Source: an uncultured bacterium (GTDB lineage Bacteria; Muiribacteriota; Ozemobacteria; Ozemobacterales; Ozemobacteraceae). Taken from it: 34,173 bases of DNA. The notes below the pieces were generated by a model. The model had not been told where the DNA came from and made no database searches. It saw only the letters and a program-made list of their open reading frames with translations. The DNA lies in assembly GCA_964554555.1 (NCBI GenBank), contig CAZKPI010000001.1, forward strand, positions 4,178-38,350. The letters run 5' to 3'. Made by a program: the position numbers and the translations under genes. This document shows, one piece after another, positions 17,008 to 25,785 of this stretch (the first letter of the stretch is position 1; the number at the start of each line of letters is the position of its first letter).

Positions 17008-18033
17008 TCAGGGGTTGGTCGTAACCGACTGGGAGTTCTCGATGACCTGGCCGTTTTGGATGATCACTTTGGAGTTGATGGAAACGCCCCCCCCGGCGGA
17101 AAGTCCACCGGTGGTGACCGGCTTCCCATTCACCGTAACGGTGACTCCGGCGCCAGTCGAAGACACCGTCACCCGCGAAGCCGCTCCGGCAGACTGCCGG
17201 GCCCGCTCGGCATCCTCCAGGTCCTGGGAGGTGGTGGAATCGATCACCACGGGACCCTGTGACACCTCGGCGGGATCTCCAGCAGGGGTATCCGTTTCCG
17301 ACGAGCGATCGGCACCCACCTCCAAAGGGGTGCCCGCAGAAAGATCGGCCAAATCGCCCCCCCGATCCACCAGGATGCTTCCTGGATCAGCCGCGGGGAG
17401 AGTCAGGTTGGCAGGGGGATTCCCGGTGCCGGAGGGGGGAGGGGAATCAACGGTCTGGACTTCAGGGGCATAGTATTCAAAACTTTCCACCGCCCCTTCC
17501 GCCGTTCGGAACCGGACTCTTTTCTTCTGGATGCGGACCCGGCGGGGAGTTTTGGGAGCCGCCCCCGCGTGCGGCAAGGGTCCATCGCAGAAGGTCTTCA
17601 TCCCATCCAGAACGTCCTTCAGGACCGAGGCCTGGTCTGAATTCAGGCCCGGTCGGCCGGCCATGGGATCCGCCGCAGAAAGACCACTGGAAGTTTCGGG
17701 GTCCCTGGCGGCGGAGGGGCGATCGAAGGAAATCCGGGCCGCCAGGAGATCCTCGATCCGGCCCTCCTCGAGCAACCCGGCATCGGCCAGGCGCTGGAGT
17801 CCCTGCCGGGTAGCCTCCCCGCGCAGGGGAATCCCCGGAGGACAATGAGCCTGGTTATACCGGTCGACCAAGGCCGCGAAGGATTCCATCTCGGCTGGTG
17901 AGAGGGCCCAGACCCCCGGCCTGGCCATGAACACCAAAACGAGGATAAGCACCCAGGAGACGGCCTTCGTTACCCCGAACCAGGCGTCGGGGTCGAGGGA
18001 GGAAAAGGGTTTGGCCGTGGTCATTCGTGGCAT
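17008..18033 (-). CDS. Secreted or anchored hypothetical protein (341 aa from ATG 18033)
   Basis: AAGGAG lies 7 nt upstream of ATG 18033; the track ORF start at 18114 is a GTG. The hydrophobic segment VSWVLILVLVFMARPGVWA|LSP resembles a signal peptide. The central region is acidic and P/S/T-rich. The C-terminus is beta-like and G/T/V-rich (RVTVSSTGAGVTVTVNGKPVTTGGLSAGGGVSINSKVIIQNGQVIEN). The stop is 3 nt before the 846-aa start. Confidence 0.65.
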   Translation of the reverse strand: MPRMTTAKPFSSLDPDAWFGVTKAVSWVLILVLVFMARPGVWALSPAEMESFAALVDRYNQAHCPPGIPLRGEATRQGLQRLADAGLLEEGRIEDLLAARISFDRPSAARDPETSSGLSAADPMAGRPGLNSDQASVLKDVLDGMKTFCDGPLPHAGAAPKTPRRVRIQKKRVRFRTAEGAVESFEYYAPEVQTVDSPPPSGTGNPPANLTLPAADPGSILVDRGGDLADLSAGTPLEVGADRSSETDTPAGDPAEVSQGPVVIDSTTSQDLEDAERARQSAGAASRVTVSSTGAGVTVTVNGKPVTTGGLSAGGGVSINSKVIIQNGQVIENSQSVTTNP

Positions 18034-18121
18034 GGCTTCGCTCCTTGGACCGTGCATCGGCCGCGGAACCCGACGCCCCCCCTGGGCGGGAGGGCGGCAG
18101 GCTCCCGCATTCACCCTCAGA

Positions 18122-19924
18122 TCATTCCGGGGAAATGGTGGCCTCTTTGTTGTCGGAACCCGTTTCCTGGGATGGCGACTCGTCCTTTTCGTCCTCCGGT
18201 TCGGAAGAATCCCCTTCCGAGGGAAGGCCCTTTTTGTACAGTTTATCCCAGATGTTGATCAAGGTGGCCCGGGTGGGCTTGTCCTCGGTGATATCAGGCA
18301 CGGTGTAGTCGGTTCCGCCTGTTTCCTTCATCAACTCGCGGGCGATCGCCAGCCAATCGGGCCCGTATTCGGCGGGAAGGTCGAACCCTGTGAACGCGGA
18401 GTTCTTCTTCAGAAGCTGGAAGGCATAGGCTTTCCGGTAGTCGCCCTTCGACTTCCCCCCGGCTGGGGAATCCAGCATGCCCTTCGGGAAGTAGACATAC
18501 CATCGCTTGATCACGGTCTCCCGGGAGGGCTTGTCCGCCGAGAAGGGTTGGTCGAATTCCTTCAGGGCCTCCCCCAGGGCCTTCCAGGCATCGACATCGG
18601 TGTCAGCCTTGGGCAGGGCGAACCCCAGTTCCTTCCAAACTCCGTTCTTCTCCTTGAATTCCTTCCAAACCTCCCCGAGGGTTCCCGAGGTCTTCGAGGC
18701 CGCCTCATCACCCTCATCTTCCTCGTCATCGTTCTCATCGGCGTCGTCCTCATCCGGCGACGACGCACCCGACCCGCATACGGCACAGGTGGAGCCCGCT
18801 TCACACCCCCACGGCTGGCGCTCCTTCAGCAGGTCCCGGAGATTTTCGGCCAACTTTTCGGCCAGAGGCAACAGATTGCCAAGATCGTCCTTCACCCCTT
18901 TCCTGGCAGACTCGGGTGCCTTTTCCAGGGCCTTCTGGAAATCCTTGTAGAGCTGGTCGATCTCCTGGAACTTCCCGGTCAGTCCTCCTGACTCCTCATC
19001 TCCGGATTTCCCGTCCTTTTTCCCTTTGTCATCCTTCCCCTTTTTCTCCTCTCCCTCTTTGTCCTTCTTCTTGTCTTTCTCGTCATCATCATCGGCTTTC
19101 CCGGAGAGGAAGTCCTTCAGCTCGTCGTTCTCGAACTTGTAGTCCTGGGTCCAATCCGATCCGGCTTTGGTTTTCTGGTCCTTGATCGCCTTTTCGAAGG
19201 TTTTGACGGCCTTTTCCAGGCCATTGGCGATTTCTTCCAGCCCGTCATGCGCCTTCTTCAGGTTCTCGGTCACCGCCTTGGTGGCCTCTCCGGGCTCCGG
19301 GTCCCCCTCTTTCTTTTCCTTCTCGGCCTTCTCGGCCTTCTCGATTTCCTCCTCGGCGGCATCCATCTTCTCGTCAGCTTTGTCCAGGGCTTCGCGAACA
19401 TCGTCGGCCCGGTCGATCTGCTTTTCCACCGCTTCTTTGAAGGCCGCAAACGGCCCGGAGCCCTTCTTGTAGAATTCCTCCTGGACTTTGGCAAGGTCCT
19501 CGAGAGTCTTCACCTTGCCTTGCGTGGAAGTCCCCCATTTGTCATACCAGCTCTCGCCCGCGTATCCCTTCAGGGTCGCTAAAGCCTTGTCGAACCGGCC
19601 GCAGAACTCATGGGCATGGATCAGGGCGTCCACGATCTCGCTCTTGTCGGGAAGCCCCTGGCTTCCCCAGACCAGACCATAGCTTTCGAGACGGCCGCTA
19701 TCAATCTTTCCCAGCATCGATTCGGCCATCTTGATGACGCACTCGTGATGTCTTTTTTCCCGGGCATCCTCGAGTTTGGCATACTCGTCGATCAACTCCT
19801 GCTTCTTGGCCTCCCGGTCCGAGTCGGAAACGGCGGCCTTCTCCCCGGTCGATGCTGTGGGCAGAAGCCAGCCAACCATCAAAACCGCCAGTACCACCAC
19901 CCACCGAATCCTGCTTCGTGCCAT
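18122..19924 (-). CDS. Secreted K/E/D-rich coiled-coil protein (600 aa from ATG 19924)
   Basis: AGGAGG lies 10 nt upstream of ATG 19924. The signal-like N-terminus is MARSRIRWVVVLAVLMVGWLLPTAST. A charged coiled-coil follows (EKQIDRADDVREALDKADEKMDAAEEEIEKAEKAEKEKKEG). There are highly charged tracts KADDDDEKDKKKDKEGEEKKGKDDKGKKDGK and SSPDEDDADENDDEEDEGDE. Architecture and position match 1955-3709. Confidence 0.8.
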   Translation of the reverse strand: MARSRIRWVVVLAVLMVGWLLPTASTGEKAAVSDSDREAKKQELIDEYAKLEDAREKRHHECVIKMAESMLGKIDSGRLESYGLVWGSQGLPDKSEIVDALIHAHEFCGRFDKALATLKGYAGESWYDKWGTSTQGKVKTLEDLAKVQEEFYKKGSGPFAAFKEAVEKQIDRADDVREALDKADEKMDAAEEEIEKAEKAEKEKKEGDPEPGEATKAVTENLKKAHDGLEEIANGLEKAVKTFEKAIKDQKTKAGSDWTQDYKFENDELKDFLSGKADDDDEKDKKKDKEGEEKKGKDDKGKKDGKSGDEESGGLTGKFQEIDQLYKDFQKALEKAPESARKGVKDDLGNLLPLAEKLAENLRDLLKERQPWGCEAGSTCAVCGSGASSPDEDDADENDDEEDEGDEAASKTSGTLGEVWKEFKEKNGVWKELGFALPKADTDVDAWKALGEALKEFDQPFSADKPSRETVIKRWYVYFPKGMLDSPAGGKSKGDYRKAYAFQLLKKNSAFTGFDLPAEYGPDWLAIARELMKETGGTDYTVPDITEDKPTRATLINIWDKLYKKGLPSEGDSSEPEDEKDESPSQETGSDNKEATISPE

Positions 19925-20016
19925 GTCCTTCTTTCCTCCTGTTTGGCCGGGTTTTTGTCTCCACAGTGGATTACCGGAAGCACCACCCATGAGGTTCAGC
20001 CGAATATTCCCCCGAC

Positions 20017-20757
20017 TCATTGACGGTTCAATTTCAGGCTCTCGAACGGCACATCCTTGAACAGGGATTCCCGCTCGAAGGGATCCACCGCCGCCGGAGG
20101 CGTCACAGGGGACCCGCGGCGGGCGATCACCCGCTGTCCTGCCCCCACCTCGACCGTCGTTCCCATCAGGTCAGTGAAGGATACTCTGCCCTCCTCCACG
20201 ACCAGGGTGGTGGAATCGGCATCGACCTCCAGCAGGAACATGGTGCCCAAAACCGCCGTCAACCCATGCGGAGTCTTGATCCTGGTTTCCTGCTGTTGTT
20301 TGTTGAACCGGTAGATCACCAGACCCTTTTCCTGGAGGGCGCGCGGAACTTTGGCATGCACCTCGAAATAGGCTTCTGCCTTCACCACCGCCTCGCTCCC
20401 GTCGGCAAACGCGATCCGGGCCCCACTGGCCCGGCCAGTCCGGACCCCGCCGCCCTCCTTCAAGGGTTGCTCCCCTTGCACCGAGGCGAACCCCTCCCCG
20501 GCCTTGAGACGGGCTTCGACTTCTCCCACCGGTTCCCGAACCTTGGCCAGGGGGGGGTCGTCGGCCCCGCCGCACCCCACCAGGGAGGCGAAGGTGACCA
20601 GAACGGCCAAGCCGACCAGGACTGCCCTCTTTTTCCACGGGGCTTCTTCATGAGCGGTCGCCTGCCACGGGGAGCCGGAGCCCTCCCGGAAAACGGGTCG
20701 ATCCTGCCGCCGCATGCCCCTGGTCCCAACGCATTTCAGGCCCTCCAAGTCCTGCAT
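20017..20757 (-). CDS. FecR-domain lipoprotein (246 aa)
   Basis: AGGAGG lies 8 nt upstream of ATG 20757. The lipobox is AVLVTFASLVG|CGG. FecR-type blocks are RIAFADGSEAVVKAEAYFEV and IKTPHGLTAVLGTMFLLEVDADSTTLVVEEGRVSF. Confidence 0.8.
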   Translation of the reverse strand: MQDLEGLKCVGTRGMRRQDRPVFREGSGSPWQATAHEEAPWKKRAVLVGLAVLVTFASLVGCGGADDPPLAKVREPVGEVEARLKAGEGFASVQGEQPLKEGGGVRTGRASGARIAFADGSEAVVKAEAYFEVHAKVPRALQEKGLVIYRFNKQQQETRIKTPHGLTAVLGTMFLLEVDADSTTLVVEEGRVSFTDLMGTTVEVGAGQRVIARRGSPVTPPAAVDPFERESLFKDVPFESLKLNRQ

Positions 20758-20760
20758 GCT

Positions 20761-22701
20761 TCAACCCTCCTGGGCGACAACCGCCCGTCGTTCGATGATC
20801 ATCAAGGTCACGTCGTCCACAAAGGGCCGTCCCTCGGTATGCGACCGGACGGTGCCAAGAGTTCGATCCCAGAGGTGGTCAAACGGTTCCTGCGGCCATG
20901 TCCCACAATACTCTTTCCATCGTTTGAACTCGAAAGGTTTATTCTCCCAATTCACCGCTTCCACGAAACCATCAGTATAGAACACCAGACGGTCACCCGG
21001 GTCGAGAGAAAAGCTCAGGGAATTGGGACGGAACAAGGGGGAGGACCCCACAGGGAATGCGGGCTGGGCCCTTTCTTCGATTTCTCCGGTTTGTTTCAGG
21101 AGAAAGGCGGGGAGGTGCCCGCCGTAAGCCAGTTCAACCTCCCCGGTGGCAAACTGGAGAGACCCCACCACGAGGGTAATCATCCGCTTCCGTCTGACCA
21201 CGTCAAGGATGACCTGGTTGAGGGTGGTCAGAAGGTCGGCCGGACGCAGGGCCCCCGCCTGCCGAAACTGGCTGACGATGGCTTTGACGATGGTGGTCAG
21301 CATCGCCGCGCCAAACCCATGTCCCGTGACGTCGCCGATCATGAAGACCAGGCGATCCTCACCCAGGGGGAAGAAGTCGAAGTAGTCCCCTCCGGCCTCT
21401 TCACAGGGCAGACAACGGCCGGCACAGATGAATCCTTTCGGGTGTTCGAAGGGCTTGGCCGGAAACAGCATCCGCTGGATCTCTCCGATGGCGCCGGCTT
21501 CTGCCCGCATGATCTGGGCCCGCACCAGATCGAGAAAGGCGATCACCATCGCGGCGGTCAGGGAGCCAAACAGCCAGGCCAGGATGAATGCCCCCATGGG
21601 CAGGTACCACCCCCAAGCCCACAAGGCCGCCCAGCCCGCCACGATCAGACCAGTCAGAGCGGCTCCACTGCGAAGCCAGGGGTGGGACCACGGCCGAAAA
21701 ACCAGACCCGCTCCCAGGAGCCATCCCATCAAGGTGGCCAGCAACCGCCCCCCCGCTCCCGTTCGCGGCTGAACCACCCAGCCTTTGAGCAGGGCGTCGA
21801 ACGAGGCCGCCAGAATCTCCACCCCGGCCACCACTCCAAACGGCATCCGATGCTCGTCATGCAGGATCGACGCACTGACCCCCACGAACACCACCCGATC
21901 CTGGAGAAAAGAGGGGGGAACCCGCTCTTCCAGCACGTCCATGGCGCTGACAACCGGAATCCCTCCCCCCCAGCGAGGCAAGGGCAGGAGACACTGAGAG
22001 ACCCCGTCCTCGTCAGGGGCCGGCAGATCCACGGCCACACCGAAATGCCTGGCCAGCTGGAGGACACAGCTTTCCTTGCCCAGCCGCTCGTCGCGCAGGG
22101 CGACGGAACGGGTCAGGCCATCGCTGTCGACCACCGCCCAGACGAACCCTTCCAGGAAGGCGGCGTCCCGAAACAGTTCCAGGCAGGGAATGTTGCGGAC
22201 ATCCAGGCCGCGCTCGGTCCAGAAGGTCTCGATGATCGAGATCAAACCCACCTTCCCCAGGCGCCGCAGGGTTCCGGCCAGGACTTGATCGTTTTTTCCT
22301 CCATCCCCATCCTGGGGGTTCTGCAGGAGGATGTCGAGGATGATGGCACGAGGATTATTCTGGGCAATAGCCTCCAGGAGCCGGGCAAACTCCGCTCGGG
22401 GCCAGGGCCATCGCAGGCCGATGGTTTCCAGGGCCTCGGTGTCGATGGCGACAATGACGAGCCGCGGGTCCGGAGCCTGATGAGGGGATAACAAGACCAG
22501 GAAAAGGTCGTAGACCCCCCGGTCGAGCCACCGGCTGGTTCCCGGGAGAAACCCCACCAGCCCCAGCAGGATCAGGATCAAAGCCACCAGGGCCAAGGAC
22601 CGGGCCCGCCCCAGCCGCGTAACCAGTTCGCCCTTGACCTGACGCAGACGCTCCCAGAAAGAGACAGGGGCTCCCCCGCCCTTCACTGCGAGATCGACCA
22701 T
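20761..22701 (-). CDS. CHASE2 sensor domain fused to a PP2C/SpoIIE-type serine phosphatase (RsbU-like), 646 aa
   Basis: An N-terminal TM is followed by CHASE2 blocks LVIVAIDTEALETIGLRWPWPRAEFARLLEAIAQNNPRAIILDILL and VVFVGVSASILHDEHRMPFGVVAGVEILAASFDALL. Three TM helices follow. The SpoIIE/PP2C blocks are GGDYFDFFPLGEDRLVFMIGDVTGHGFGAAMLT and LVFYTDGFVEA. Confidence 0.9.
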   Translation of the reverse strand: MVDLAVKGGGAPVSFWERLRQVKGELVTRLGRARSLALVALILILLGLVGFLPGTSRWLDRGVYDLFLVLLSPHQAPDPRLVIVAIDTEALETIGLRWPWPRAEFARLLEAIAQNNPRAIILDILLQNPQDGDGGKNDQVLAGTLRRLGKVGLISIIETFWTERGLDVRNIPCLELFRDAAFLEGFVWAVVDSDGLTRSVALRDERLGKESCVLQLARHFGVAVDLPAPDEDGVSQCLLPLPRWGGGIPVVSAMDVLEERVPPSFLQDRVVFVGVSASILHDEHRMPFGVVAGVEILAASFDALLKGWVVQPRTGAGGRLLATLMGWLLGAGLVFRPWSHPWLRSGAALTGLIVAGWAALWAWGWYLPMGAFILAWLFGSLTAAMVIAFLDLVRAQIMRAEAGAIGEIQRMLFPAKPFEHPKGFICAGRCLPCEEAGGDYFDFFPLGEDRLVFMIGDVTGHGFGAAMLTTIVKAIVSQFRQAGALRPADLLTTLNQVILDVVRRKRMITLVVGSLQFATGEVELAYGGHLPAFLLKQTGEIEERAQPAFPVGSSPLFRPNSLSFSLDPGDRLVFYTDGFVEAVNWENKPFEFKRWKEYCGTWPQEPFDHLWDRTLGTVRSHTEGRPFVDDVTLMIIERRAVVAQEG

Positions 22702-22729
22702 CCCAATCCCCTGTCACCCCTCCAGACCG

Positions 22730-23077
22730 TCAGTTCATCACCTGCCGAACAGCCGTGGCCCGATCCGGAGTCACCTGGGCATACATCGTCAAACCCACCG
22801 AGGAAAAACAGGCCATCACCGTGTTGGCGGCGGCACAGAAGCACAATTTGAGATCCGGCATCGACAAAGTCTTCGACACGATATCGATCAGCTCGCCCAG
22901 GGCGGCCGAACTGACCAGGGGACAGGCGGCCAGGTCGAACACCAGGCGCCGGGCGCCCTGGCCCACCAGATCCTCGACCCGAGCCCGGACCTGCTTACCC
23001 GCCTCGAGGTCGAGGTATCCCTGCAATCCCAGAATGACCACCTGCCCCTCATGCTGGACCGAAAGTGAGAATGCCAT
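22730..23077 (-). CDS. STAS-domain protein (anti-sigma-factor-antagonist type, SpoIIAA/RsbV-like), 115 aa
   Basis: AGGAGG lies 7 nt upstream of ATG 23077. The fold pattern VVILGLQGYLDLEAGKQVRARVEDLV...RRLVFDLAACPLVSSAALGELIDIV has the Ser-Ser at the position of the phosphorylatable Ser in SpoIIAA/RsbV. It is a paralogue of 25786-26133. Confidence 0.85.
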   Translation of the reverse strand: MAFSLSVQHEGQVVILGLQGYLDLEAGKQVRARVEDLVGQGARRLVFDLAACPLVSSAALGELIDIVSKTLSMPDLKLCFCAAANTVMACFSSVGLTMYAQVTPDRATAVRQVMN

Positions 23078-23119
23078 CTCGTTTCCTCCTGCCGGGGCCA
23101 GGCCAGGACCCCTGTCTGC

Positions 23120-25633
23120 TCATGGATCTCGCCCCTCGGAACGACCTGAGAGGGCTTGCATTTCCTTGACGGTATAGACCGGCCGGCCGCGACGGACCTG
23201 GCTGGTCTTCTCGACCCGGATGGCAACCCGATCATTGGGGCGACCGGCCACCCCCGCCGGGAGGGATACCTGGAAGATGTGGTGATCATCGGTCCGGAAC
23301 AGCCAGAATTGGTGCCGTTGGTCGAACCGCACCAGGGTCCCTTCCTGGAATCCCTCGCCCAGGCCTCCCTGACCAGGCCTGATCGAAACACCGGTCGGGC
23401 GGCCTCCCGCGGCGGGGCCCCCAGACCGGGAGGGACCCGCCGCATTGCCGGGAAGCAGGACGTTCGTCACGATCCAGACGGTGAACAGGACTGTTCCCAA
23501 TACCACCAGCCACATCTGGGCGTAGGAATCACCCAGCAGGCGGCTCATCACCCCTCCGCCGGGTTCGAAATGGATGGCCCGGACCTGGGCCAGCAGTAAT
23601 TCGATCTGTTCCCGTGACAGGAAGCGGGCCAGGGGACCCTCGCGGTCCCCCGAGGATCGGATCACCCGCAGATTCTGGGCCACCCGGTCAGCCAGCTTCT
23701 GCAGGAACTCCCGGCGGGGCCCGCCATCCTGCCCGGCCAATCCCTGCAGGGTCACCACGAGATCGGCCTCGGGGTTGACCAACAGAAGGTTGCCGAATCC
23801 TTCCAGGAGGGCGGGATCGTGGAGCTTCTGCAAAGCTTTCAGGACCAGCGGACGGGCCCGGGAAAACCGCATCTGGGAGAGGCCGGTCAGAGCGGCTCGC
23901 CGCGCTCGCGGATCCCTGGCATCGTCGATCCAGACGTTGATCCGTTGCAAGAAAGCGGCCTCGTCGAGTCTCCGGAAATGCCGAATGGCCTGGTTGACCA
24001 CCAGGGGCTGGTCGTGGAAGCAGAGCGTGGCGAGATGAGGAACCAGGATCCGGGAACCGAAGCGGGACAGAAGTTCCATGGCCGGAATAATCACCGCGGT
24101 CTCAGCGCTTTCGAGGGCCTTTTCCACCCACAACAACAAGCGTGAGTCACGTGAACGGGTCTTTTCCATCCAGACAGCGAGGGCATTCAACAGATCAGGA
24201 CGGGGCTGGGGCGGCAGAACGGCCACCAGATCCAGGGCACCCGCCCCGGCCGCCAGCCGCTTCAGGAACTCGGCGGCCGGATCGGTTTCCACCCGGTCCC
24301 CCGCCTTGCCGTCGGTGGCGGGCACTTCAGGGACGACAGTCTTCCCGGAAACCTGGGATGCCAGATCAGGCCGGGGACCAGTACCCGCGGCAGGCGGGGG
24401 AACCTTTTCCCGGGCGACCAGCGATGGATCAACGGGCGGTGCCTCCCCCCCCGAAGGTTTCGAGGGGGGCATGGACTCCCGCTCCGGCAGATCGGGAAGG
24501 GTTGGCCCGGCCGGCCCTTCTTCCACCGGCGGTGCCACCAGAGCCGCCCCATCCATCATGCCCGCGAGATGATCCCTCGCCCGCTGCAGGGCCCGTCCGA
24601 GAATGGCCCCGGGCGTGCCAGATTCGAGGCCGACCAGGGCCATCGACTCGGCCACCGCCTTCATGATCGGACGGCCTTCCGGGAAGTCTTCACCGCGCCG
24701 GCAAAACATCTCCGCCACCCGGTCCAGGAATTCGGGATCGGGATTGTTGCGAACCAGGTCGAGGACGATGGCCAGGACACGCCCGGGGATCAACCCTTCT
24801 TCCAGCATCATGAGCAGGATGGGAGCTATGTCTGGAAAGGGGAAGACCAGCATCAGGCTGACCGCCACCATCCGGACTTCCTCCCGGGGCGCCGCGGCCA
24901 TTTCTTTCAGCAAGCGGAGGCTTTCCGTGGGATAGAGACGCTGCAAGGTCCGCACCGCCATGATCCGGACGGAGAGGGACCGATGCAGGAGCAACCGGGG
25001 CAAGGAAGGCAATCCCACCGCGGGATCAAGGTCCAGCAGTCGGGGATAGGCCCGCAACAACACGGCCGGCGGGGCATTCTGCAGGAAAGCCTGGATCCGC
25101 GCGGCATGACCGTCGGGATCGATTTCTCCTGAGGCCCGAAACAGGGCACCCCAGGCGGCGGGACGCTCCTCACCCACCAGGCCGTCTCTCAGACACGATT
25201 CCTGAAACGCCCGCGGATAGCCGCGGAGGGTCCCGAGGAGGCGATCCCAGGCGGGTTCAGAGGCGGCGCGAAACCGGCTCAGCCAAGCCTGGGGAGTGAC
25301 ATCTTCGGAAGGGGCTTGCCGCTCAGCGCCCCCCTCCCCTCCGACTGCCGCCGCCGGGTGCGCCGCCCCGCTGGTCACCTGCGGTGCGGCAGAATCGCGG
25401 CGGGTTGGCACCCCGCCGAGAATCTGGGTCAGGACCAATCGGCACTCATCGTCGGTCTCTTGCCGAACATGGACCTCGAGACGGTCCCGGACTTCAGGAA
25501 CGCTCAGGAATCCCTGCAGTCGCAGGATGGCTCCCAGGCGGGCCAGAGGGGTTTCCGCCTCCAGTTCGAAGAGCAACCCCTTGACGATCTCGCCGAGATC
25601 CCCGGTTCGCGACTCTGCTGGAGGTTTCTCCAT
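23120..25633 (-). CDS. Large HEAT/ARM-like repeat protein with one C-proximal TM helix and a small extracytoplasmic C-terminal domain (837 aa from ATG 25633)
   Basis: HEAT-like repeats include LLHRSLSVRIMAVRTLQRLYPTESLRLLKEMAAAPREEVRMVAVSLMLVFP. The TM helix is MWLVVLGTVLFTVWIVTNVLL. The C-terminal domain is GTLVRFDQRHQFWLFRTDDHHIFQVSLP. It is collinear with its paralogue 26234-28522. The track ORF start at 25744 is a TTG; in-frame ATGs occur at 25678 and 25633, so the start is uncertain. Confidence 0.8.
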   Translation of the reverse strand: MEKPPAESRTGDLGEIVKGLLFELEAETPLARLGAILRLQGFLSVPEVRDRLEVHVRQETDDECRLVLTQILGGVPTRRDSAAPQVTSGAAHPAAAVGGEGGAERQAPSEDVTPQAWLSRFRAASEPAWDRLLGTLRGYPRAFQESCLRDGLVGEERPAAWGALFRASGEIDPDGHAARIQAFLQNAPPAVLLRAYPRLLDLDPAVGLPSLPRLLLHRSLSVRIMAVRTLQRLYPTESLRLLKEMAAAPREEVRMVAVSLMLVFPFPDIAPILLMMLEEGLIPGRVLAIVLDLVRNNPDPEFLDRVAEMFCRRGEDFPEGRPIMKAVAESMALVGLESGTPGAILGRALQRARDHLAGMMDGAALVAPPVEEGPAGPTLPDLPERESMPPSKPSGGEAPPVDPSLVAREKVPPPAAGTGPRPDLASQVSGKTVVPEVPATDGKAGDRVETDPAAEFLKRLAAGAGALDLVAVLPPQPRPDLLNALAVWMEKTRSRDSRLLLWVEKALESAETAVIIPAMELLSRFGSRILVPHLATLCFHDQPLVVNQAIRHFRRLDEAAFLQRINVWIDDARDPRARRAALTGLSQMRFSRARPLVLKALQKLHDPALLEGFGNLLLVNPEADLVVTLQGLAGQDGGPRREFLQKLADRVAQNLRVIRSSGDREGPLARFLSREQIELLLAQVRAIHFEPGGGVMSRLLGDSYAQMWLVVLGTVLFTVWIVTNVLLPGNAAGPSRSGGPAAGGRPTGVSIRPGQGGLGEGFQEGTLVRFDQRHQFWLFRTDDHHIFQVSLPAGVAGRPNDRVAIRVEKTSQVRRGRPVYTVKEMQALSGRSEGRDP

Positions 25634-25785
25634 TCCCGCTGGTTTCCCTTCGAGCCTTCTCCGGGGGTACCACCCCATCCAACCCCGCCAAACCCAGGGG
25701 CCGCGGTACCACCCTTCCCATGATATCCCATGGCCCAAGGGCAATCAACGCTGAGGAAGGGGGAAAAGGGGAAAGCCGGTCGGCC

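Noticed and set aside
20020-22491. 823-aa plus-strand ORF spanning almost the whole CHASE2-PP2C gene in antisense
   Set aside because: The translation is R/G/P/H/Q-rich with no recognisable motif. The minus strand encodes clear FecR, CHASE2 and SpoIIE blocks. Long stop-free antisense frames are expected in GC-rich coding DNA.
25634-25744. Upstream extension of the HEAT-like gene (the track start at 25744 is a TTG; the extension is W/R/G-rich)
   Set aside because: The extension has no counterpart in the paralogue, whose alignment begins near the MEKPP start. It is kept only as an alternative because no start has a strong SD.
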